Assembly: GCF_006345805.1 (NCBI RefSeq)
Contig: NC_043014.1
Location: 12,338,001 to 12,402,000, forward strand
DNA length: 64,000 bases
Direction of reading: 5' to 3'
From: Octopus sinensis
Taxonomy: Eukaryota
The notes under the pieces were generated by a model, which had not been told where the DNA came from, searched no databases, and saw only the letters and a program-made list of their open reading frames with translations. Position numbers and translations under genes: made by a program. Positions within the stretch are counted from its first letter, which is position 1. Each line of letters begins with the position of its first letter. Shown here piece after piece: positions 1 to 10,200 of the stretch.

Positions 1-126
1 GAGAAATAAACAACATTTTTGCTGTGTTCGTAGATCGCCTGACTTGTCTGTTATTTTAACTAAAATTGAATGTGACGAGATCAGATAGGACACCCCTCCA
101 GTGATACCGAATCTAGATCCTGTTAC
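1..126 (+). mobile_element. 3' end of second-family LTR, truncated by the window edge
   Basis: Matches the reverse complement of ~38761-38860 and ends CCTGTTACA. Confidence 0.6.
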
Positions 127-611
127 AGGGCTTTAGTAGAAGACACTTGCAGAAGGTGCTATGCAGTGAGACTGCACAAGGTTTCAGGTTCAATCCCACC
201 GACCAAAGCCTTGCAAGTGAATTTGGCAGGTGGAAACTGAAAAAAGCCCATCAAAAGAAAGACCCAGGACTACCTTATGAAGGAAACTCACTGCAACAGC
301 ACACCTAACTTGGGGCTTAATTCTCAGATGGGCTGCAGTTATTCCAATTTTGCAGTGCAGGGTTCAAGAACACCTGAGGTCTTGACAGCAACTGGCACAA
401 ACTGATAGCAGCCAGTCAGGATCCTGTAATTGTTTATCTTTCTTTCTTCTGCATTACAAGTGATGATTCTCAGTTTTGCAGCCAATGAGGCAAGGTTGGA
501 ACCAGAGAATGGGTTACTTATGGTCTCTATCATAAATGGTTCCATTAACAGCAAACAGTGAAATTGTACGCAAAATAAATATCAATGGAAATAGTAGTTG
601 TGATACCTGTG

Positions 612-991
612 CCGGTGGCACATAAAAAGCACCATCCGAACGTGGCCAATGCCAGCGGCGCCTCGACTGGCTTCTGTGCCAGTGGCACGTAAAAAGCACC
701 ATCCGAACATGGCCGATGCCTGCGCCACCTTGACTGGCTTCCGTGCCGGTGGCACGTTAAAAGCACCAACCGATCGTGGCCGCTGCCAGACTCCCCTGGC
801 ACCTGTGCCGGTGGCACGTAAAAAGCACCCACTACACTCGCAGAGTGGTTGGCGTTAGGAAGGGCATTCAGCTGTAGAAACACTGCCAGATCAGACTGGA
901 GCCTGGTGCAGCCTCCTGGCTTCCCAGACCCCGGTCGAACTGTCCGACCCATGCTGGCGCAGAAAACGGACGTTAAACGATGATGATGATG
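612..991 (+). mobile_element. RTE 3'-UTR copy. Similar copies at ~1775-2172, 4640-5200, 6284-6600(-), 6960-7406, 8809-8993, 23905-24152, 24545-24985, 27270-27510, 31556-32060, 40986-41280(-), 42460-42894, 44106-44445(-), 44797-45240(-), 53268-53419, 59500-59808
   Basis: Shared core GGAGTGGTTGGCGTTAGGAAGGGCATCCAGCTGTAGAAAC..CCATGCTAGCATGGAAAACGGACGTTAAACGATGATGAT. Confidence 0.88.
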
Positions 992-1619
992 TACAAACAG
1001 CAATGCTGTGTGGTTGTGAAATTTGAACTATGAATGCAGAAAACATTCGAAGACTGGGAAGAAATAAGGCCAACAAGCTCCACTAGATATGCCATATCAG
1101 TGTCCAAGTACGACAAATGTCTTTAAAGAAAAACTGGGCATAAAAGGCATCAGGTGTCATATAAACAGTGAAGATAGAAAGAAAGATACAATCATACACG
1201 AACCCCAGCACATATTTTTAAGTCAGGTACTTATTCTACCAGTCACTTTTGCCAAACTGCTAAGTTATGGAGGTGTAAACAAACCAACAAATATACTACG
1301 AACCACATGGTTCCGGGTTCAGTCCCACTGCACGGAAACTGAAAGAAGCCCGTCGTATATGTATGTACATGTACATATGTTTATGTGTATGTGTTTGTAC
1401 CCCAACATTGCTTGACAATCGATGCTGGTACGATTACATCCCCGTAACTTAGCGGTTCGGCAAAAGACCCGACAGAATAAATACTAGGCTTACAAAGAAT
1501 AAGTCCTGGGGGCGATTTGCATGACTAAAGGTGGTGCTCCAGCATGGCCACAGTCAAATGACTGAAACAAGTAAGAGACTAAAAGATAGAGAGAGGAAGA
1601 TGGATATAGTTTTACTTAC

Positions 1620-1697
1620 TTCAGCCTTTTCAGCTTTCCATTCATACTTTTCCAACTTTTCGGACTGCAATATCTTTTCACGTTTCAGTTTTTTCAG
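1620..1697 (-). CDS. CENPE: CENP-E exon [26 protein letters not shown]
   Basis: tttctag/gtaagt boundaries; phase 0 to 0; charged heptad sequence. Confidence 0.75.
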
Positions 1698-4204
1698 CTA
1701 GAAAAACAAAAGCATTGAGTACATTACTTTGTTAAACATAATGCTTATTTATTTAATCGAAATTGAACCAAATTGACTGGCACCGGCAGTTGCCAGGAGC
1801 CCTGGACTGGTGGTACGTAAAAAGTGCTATCCGAATCGTGGCCGATGCCAGCGTCACTTCGACTGGCTTCCGTGCTAGTGGCACATAAAAAGCACCATCC
1901 GAATTGTGGCCGATGCCAGTGCCGCCTCGACTGGCTTCCGTGCCGGTAGCATGTAAAATGCACCAATCGCCTGGCACCTGTGCAGGTGGCACATAAAAAG
2001 CACCCACTACACTCACGGAGTGGTTGGCATTAGGAAGGGCATCCAGCTGTAGAAACACTGCCAGATCAGACTGGGCCTGGTGCAGCCTTCTGGCTTCCCA
2101 GATCCCCCGTCGAACCGTCCAACCCATGCTAGCATGGAGAACGGACGTTAAACGATGATGATGATGATGATGTTTTGAAGTAATCATGCATTATCTCTTA
2201 GCATCGAGACTTCAATGATGTGATTGGTTATTTTTTAGAATGATGTAAAAGGCTAGGCTCAAGGTCAGATCTGGCAGCTTTGAACATAGAGCAGATCCGG
2301 GTCGGGTATACCTAAACAATTAAATACTACAACCAGCTGTACACTTGTAAGAATTAGCACTTCCTTCTCAAAGCTTGGATTCGAAATCAGACCCAAGAAT
2401 CATTGGTCGTAAAATACCAATGCACAAAAAGGCGCGAAATCAGAATCTCTTTGTACTGACAAAAAGTGATGGATCGTCTCCCTTCGACCTCTGACCCGAG
2501 CAGGTCAGGCGAAGTTTAACAGGACGACCAGCGACCTACTGTACGCAATAACATTCTTGCAGTATATCTATTTTTCTGGCTATTTGAGATGTTATAAATA
2601 GAACGGAGAAATAGGTATCTAGAGAGAACCCGAACCAACGTTTAAGAGAACGCCACGCATTTATGAGGACGACGAAAGAATAATCAGAAAGGTGACTCTG
2701 TCATGCATGATTTACACACACGCACACACACACACCATCAAACATATTCTGCTTTAATGTGTATCCTGTATTATGCATTCCTTTAATATGTATTATTTGC
2801 AACCACTATTTAATATGCATTTTGTACAAGCGATGTGTAACATTGCTTACAAATTGATGTAGTGATAATAAATCTTTAATTTATTACAAAGCACTTATGT
2901 ATTTATTATACATCCACGCATCCACTACACACTCCTAATGATCAGAATTATTAGTTCAAATGCATTTGAGCCCTCAGTTGAGGTATATGTCTCTCCTTTC
3001 TGTACCATCATCATCATCATCTACATTATTCTCAACTGACAGTGAGTTCAATAGCTTTCTTCAGCTTTCACTTGTTTCACCCAGTGAACTGCTGCCATGC
3101 TACAGCACCACCGTGAAAAGTTTAGTCAAATAAATCAACCCCAGTACATTTTTTTAAAGTCTGGTACTTATTCTATCAGTCACTTTTGCCAAACTGCTAA
3201 GTTATAGAGGTGTAAACAAACCAACACTGGTTGTCAAGTGGTGAGCAGGAAACGCACATACATCTAGCAGCAGCAGTAGCCATGGCGGCGGTGCCACCAG
3301 CACCATCATCTAACATCTGTTGTCCATGCTGGCATGGGTCGGATGGTTTGGCTAGAGCAAGCTGAGAAGCTGCACCAGACCCCAGTACATATAATAGGCT
3401 TCTATTTCCATCTACCAAATTCATTCACAAGGCATTGGTCAGCCCAAGGCTATATTAGAAGACACTTGCCCAAAATGCTGCAGAGTGGGACTGAACCCGG
3501 GACCATGTGGTTGCAATGTGAGCTTCTTAACCACAACCAAACATACAGTTATTTTGGGAATGTTTTTCTGGCATCAGGACAACACAGTGACAACAGGGGT
3601 TTTATGTTGTACATCCTCTTGGATGCAATGCTGTACACTTCTGTAAATATATAAATGTATGTTGTTGGTGACCAAACCACTAAATACAGGGGATGAACAA
3701 CAGATATATCTCTACAAGGTTGCCCAGCCTGCCAGAATCTCCCTCAAACTACAACAAACTCTCTTACAAAAACAAAAACGGAAATGTTATCCTGAATGAA
3801 TTACATGTAAAAATGCTGTACTTACCATTTCTGTCTTCTCTTGAATATTCTTCTCCAAATTTTCCAACTTATCTGTTAGAAAACTACATTCTTGAACTTT
3901 TTCTTTAAGTAGATTCTGAACATCAGTAGAGTCATTGTATACTCCAGAATTGTCTGTTAAAATACATACACACAAACATATAAAAATATATAGCATAAAG
4001 ATTGCAATCTGCAGTTAAAAATTGATGCTATTTACAGAAACATACATCACTTTATATCGTACAACTAAAGGTAGATTTATGGAATAATCTTTAAAGAAAG
4101 CATACTTAGAAAATGTGCGCAAAATTTTATCAAAATACATGTTCTTTTGTTAATGTTTTTTCATCAAGTTACCAACATTGTCCTCAAATACCTCTTGCAC
4201 CCTA

Positions 4205-4258
<54 letters not shown>

Positions 4259-7200
4259 TTGTTACCATATTTATTTTGAGATGCTCTGTGTTTCTTTCTA
4301 TTATTTTAAATATAACAAAGAATTTAGTAAAATTACTTAGTTATCATTAAGCTAGTGTTAGAAACATAAATTGTAACTAAGGTTTTGTGGAGGATTTTAA
4401 TTCAAAACTTAGAGAATAAAACATTTGTACTACAGAACCAGAGCCGGTTTCAGCCTGGTTGGTAATGAAAGGGTTAAATATTATATTCAAGGGCGGACTA
4501 TACTCGAAGATTTACGGTACTTAGTTCCCACACAAAAGGGTTACACCATCATTTGGTTGCAGTTTATAGCAAGTCAAGAAACTATGTAGGTGCATGCTCT
4601 GAGAAGCATGGTGCCTTGCTGTACTTAAGAAGACCTGTACTCTGCAGCAGGAGTGTTAAGACTGGGCCCTCTGGTGGTGTGTAAAGCACTTGTTGCAGTG
4701 CTGCATAAAAGCACCCGTGTGGCACCATGTAAAAGCACTTATGCAGTGCCACATAAAAGTACCTGTGTTGTGCTACATAAAAGTGCCCATGTAATAACAT
4801 GTAAAAGCACCCAGCACATTCTGTAAAGTGGATGGTGCCAGCCCCCTCGCCCCAACTGGCTTCTGTGCCAGTGGCATGTAAAAAGCACCATCTGAACGTG
4901 GCCAATGCCAGCACCACCTTGACTGGCTCCCATGCCGGTGGCACGTAAAAAGCACCCACTACACTCTCGGGGTGGTTGGTGTAAGGAAGGGCATTCAGCT
5001 GTAGAAACATTGCCAGATCAGACTGGTGCCTGGTGCAGCCTCCTGGCTTTCCAGACCCCAGTCAAACCATCCAACCTATGCCAGCATGGAAGGGCACCCA
5101 GCCAAATCAGAATGGAGTCTGGTGCATCTCCTCATCTTGCCAGCTCTGATCAAACCATACAATCCATGCCAGCATGGACAACGGATATTTGATGATGGTG
5201 ATGAAAAGGGAACACAATGGTATTGCTGAACCCTAGGCCAATGACCAAGAAGTCAGTTGCTCTCAACACCCAAATCTCTTCCACTCTCTATTTTAGTTAA
5301 AAACAATGGAAAGAAAACGTATAAAAATAAGATCAAAAAAGGTAAAAAAATGATTCCTTACTCGGTTTTTGGATGGTTGAATTATTTGAGATCTCTTCTT
5401 TTATTTCACTAGATTCTTTGTTCATTGATTCATTATTAGATCCAGGTGTCACATGCAACTAAAAAGAATTAAAAAGAAAAGGGTAAAAAAAAATCCCACC
5501 AAAATCAAAGAGAAAAATGCTTTTCATAATAGGAACCCTTAACCCTTTAGTGTTCAGATTATTCTGTCAAATGTGATGTTTGTATATTCAAAATGGTTTG
5601 AATTAATCATGCATTATCTTGTAGTTTAGAGATTTCAGTGATGTGATTTGGCGAAGTTTCGGTTGTCGTAGCACATGTTTCCGTCGATTTCCGTAAAAAA
5701 CTTTTATTTTTTTACATATGGCTTTGCGGGAATATTTGAAGTAATGAGAGCGAAAGAGACTAAGAGGAAGCGATTTTATGACGAGGGAATTTCTTTTTGA
5801 AGTCCCCGTGTGTGTGTTTGATGGGGTGTGGGAGACAGACAGTATGTTGTGTAAGTGAAGTGCTTCTGTTAGTGTGTGCGAAGAGACAGAGAGAGTAATG
5901 TGTGAAAGAGAGAGATAACTGAAATTTTTTACTCGGTGTATGTGTATATGTATGTCTGCATGTATGTGTGTGTGTATGTATCTATGTATGTGTGTGTGTA
6001 TGTATCTATGTATGTGTGTGTGTGTATGTATGTATGTATGTATGTATGGCCGATTCAGTGTTTACATTTTTTACGGAAATCGATGGAAACGTGTGCTACG
6101 ACAAACGAAACATCGCCTGTGATTTTTTTTAGGTAGGGCTGAGGTGAGAGGCGAGATTTGGTCAGTTTCAATATAAAACAGGTTAAATATTTTGGCCAGA
6201 TATGGCCGGTTTGAATGCTAAAGGGTTAAACAATGGACATCATCCATTTTTTATGTATCTATGCATGCATGTATACCCACACACACATCGTCATTTAACG
6301 TCTGTTTTCCATGCTGGCATAGGTTGGATGGTTCGACTGGGGTCTGGAAAGCCAGGAGGCTGCACCAGGCACCAGTCTGATCTGGCAATGTTTCTACAGC
6401 TGGATGCCCTTCCTTACACCAACCACCCCGAGAGTGTAGTGGGTGTTTTTTACTTGCCACCGGCATGGGAGCCAGTCAAGGTGGTGCTGGCATTGGCCGC
6501 GTTCAGATGGTGCTTTTTACACGCCACTGGCACAGAAGCCAGTTGGGGCGAGGGGGCTGGCATCAGCCACGTTCAGATGGTGCTTTTTACGTGCCACCGG
6601 CATGAGGACCACAACAACAATTTCCATTTGGTTGTAATTTGATTTCATTTTGATGTTGATGTACTTGACTCAATAGGTCTCCTCAAGCACAGCATGTTGC
6701 TCTACGATCCAAGGGTACTTTTTAAGTTGGCTGGTTATGCGACATTGGTGTAGGTAACAGCTGTGATCTCAATTTATTTGCCGGGTCTTCTCAGTCACAG
6801 TACCCCCACAATCAACATTACAAAATTCCACTCATAAGGCTTCAGTAAACGGTTTTGTAGCCTCAGATAACTAATGTAAGTAATATCTTGTGAGCAAAAT
6901 TTTGGAACCATAAGTTGTGTAGAAGCTCACAATGTGTGTATATTAAATTGAAATCGAAATCAAATCGATGACTGGCACCTGTGCTAGTGGAGCGTTAAGA
7001 GCACTATCCAAGCGTGATCGTTGCTGGAGCAGCTAATTGGCTTCCATACGGGTGGCATGTAAAAAGCATCACCTTACTGGCACTTGTGCCGATGGCATGT
7101 GAATAAAACATTCAAGCGAGGTCATTGCCAGTGCCGCTGGACTGGCTCCTGTGCAGGTGGCATGTAAAAAACACCATTTGAGCTTGGCCACTGCCAGTAC

Positions 7201-10200
7201 CACCTAACTGGCCCTCGTGCCAGTGGCACATAAAAGCACCCACTACACTCTCAGAATGGTTGGCGTTAGGAAGGGCATCCAGCTGTAGAAACTCTGCCAG
7301 ATCTGATTGGAGCCTGGTGCAGCCATCTGGTTTGCCAGTCCTCAGTCAAATCGTCCAACTCATGCTAGCATGGAAAGCAGACGTTAAACGATGATGATGA
7401 TGATGATATACAAATATATGTGTCATCATCATCATCATCATCATTTAGCGTCCGTTTTCCATGCTAGCATGGGTTGGACGGTTCTACTGGGGTCTGTGAA
7501 GCCAGAAGGCTTCATCAGGCCCAGTCAAATCTGGCAGTGTTTCTACGGCTGGATGCCCTTCCTAACGCCAACCACTCCGTGAGTGTAGTGGGTGCTTTTT
7601 ACGTGCCACCCGCACTGGTGCCAGACAGAGCTGGCAAACGGCCACGAACGGATGGTGCTTTTTATGTGCCACCAGCACGAGGGCCAGGCGAGGCTGGCAA
7701 CGGACACGAAACGGGGCAGTGCTGGCAACGGTCGCGAAACGGAAAGTTCTTTTACATGCCACCGGCACTGGTAACACATCTGCAATTTCCATTGATCGAT
7801 TTCCATTGATCGATTTCGATTCTGATCCTCACTTGCCTCAATGGGTCTTCACAAGCAGAGTTTCGACATGCCACCGGCACTGGTAGCACATCCGCAATTT
7901 CCATTGATCGATTTCGATTCTGATCCTCACTTGCCTCAACACGTCTTCACAAGTAGAGTTTTGTGTCCCAAGAAGGGAAGGTATGCATACGTAGGCTGGC
8001 TCCATCCCATGTAGAAGGCCACGGGTTGTGGACTCACTTGTCCTGCCAGGTCTTCTCGCGCACAGCACACTTCCAGAGGTCTCGGTCTCTAGTCATTTCC
8101 TCAGTGAGACCTAAAGTTCGAAGGTCGTGCTTCACCACCTCGTCCCAGGTTTTCCTGGGTCTGCCTCTTCCACAGGTTCCCTCAACCGCTAGGGTGTGGC
8201 ACTTTTTCACACAACTATCTTCATCCATTCTCACCACATGACCATACCAGCGCAAACGTCTCTCTTGCACACCACAACTGATGCTTCTTAGGTCCAGCTT
8301 TTCTCTCAAGGTACTTACACTCTGCCGAGTGTGAGTACCGGCATTACACATCCATCGGAGCATACTGGCTTCATTTCTAGCGAGCTTACGCATATCCTCA
8401 GCAGTCACGGCCCATGTTTCACTGCCATGTAGCATGCTGTTCGTACACACGCATCATACAGTCTGCCTTTCACTCTATGCGAGAGGCCTTTTGTCACCAG
8501 CAGAGGTATGTGTATTGGTGTAAAAATTTTATAATCAACTGATAGTCTTAAAGGCATTGGTCTTTAATGCTTCCGTGTTAAAACTGGCCATATACACTCC
8601 AAATATTCTACCTGTCATATTCAAACTGGCTGGATCTCACCTCTCACACCTACCTTATAATGACATTCTAAAAATAAAACAATCACATCGTCAAAATATC
8701 AAGGCTACAAAATAATGCATGATTAATTCAAGACAGTGTGAATAAATAAGCATTGAGCTGAAGTAATCTAAATGCTAAAGAATTAAGTATTTTTTTTAAT
8801 TGATTGTACCGGTGGCACGTAAAAAGCACCCACTACACTCATGGAGTGGTTGGCGTTAGGAAGGGCATCCAGCCGTAGAAACATTGCCAGATCAGACTGG
8901 GCCTGGTGCAGCCTTCTGGCTTCACAGACCCCAGTTGAACCGTCCAACCCATGCTAGCATGGAAAGCGGACGCTAAACGATGATGATGATGATGTACTGA
9001 ACTTAGCACTCATTTCAGTTTAGTGTGGAACTAAACTAGATGAAAGTATGGCATTTAAGTATGTGTATGAATGAAGCAAGCAAATTTTTTCAATTGATTA
9101 TTAAGATACAGAACAAGGGCAGAAAAGTTGATGGAGAAGTCAAAATTGAATTATCAAATTTTAAAAAAAAATTTTTAATTGGAAAAATCAAATGTAAATA
9201 CCTGATCTTTTTTTGTCAGTTGAGACTGTAGACATAATGCTTGATGTCGAAGTTCTTCAATTTCTAAGTCTTTGTCCTTAATTTCATTATATTTCTTTGC
9301 AATGTCACTCTTCAGCTCTAACAATGAGCCTTGAAGACTGGAATATTTCTGAAGAATAGTATCCAATTCATTGGACTGACATTCATAGAGTTGACACTTC
9401 TCTTCCAATTCCTTCTTGAGATCCGACTGTATACCAGAATGAGTTATTTCTAATGACTTGAGGTTTTCAGAAAGAGAGTTATATTCTTGGGTCTTAACCA
9501 TAAGCTGCTTTTCCAAATCATTAATTTGATTTTCTTTGTCTTGTTTGAAAGCAGCTAATTCATTGGTCAGCTCAATTTGTTCTTTACGTTTTTGTTCAAG
9601 CTCACATGCAAAGTGCTTCTCAGTTTTCATTTCCCCAGCTTGAAGCTCAGACAATTCTCTGGAATGTGCTAAACATTCTTCTGACTTCTCAGACAATTTC
9701 TCCTTTAGTTTCTTCACCATTTTACTCTCCTCCATCTTTCTTTCTTTAAGTTGAGATAATTCTTGAGAAAGAGCTAAGCACTCTTGTGATTTCTCAGACA
9801 ATTTCTCTTCTAGTTCTTTCACCATTTCACTTTCCTCAATCTTTCTTTCTTTAAGTTCAGACAATTCTCTGGAATGTGCTAAACATTCTTCTGACTTTTC
9901 AGACAACTTCTCTTCTAGTTCCTTTACTGTTACACTCTCCACCATTTTCTCTTCCTTAAGATCAGACAATACTTTCATAAGCGCTAAACATTCTTGTGAT
10001 TTGTCATTGAATTTTTCTTCTAGTTCTTTCACCATTTCACTCTCCTCCATCTTTCTTTCTTTAAGTTGAGATAATTCTTGAGAAAGAGCTAAGCACTCTT
10101 GTGATTTCTCAGACATTTTCTCTTCTAGTTCTTTCACCATTTCACTTTCTTCAATCTTTCTTTCTTTAAGTTCAGACAATTCTCTGGAATGTGCTAAGCA

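Noticed and set aside
339-554. Minus-strand ORF as the next CENP-E exon
   Set aside because: No convincing phase-0 acceptor or donor and no recognisable CENP-E tail motif; it remains unresolved.
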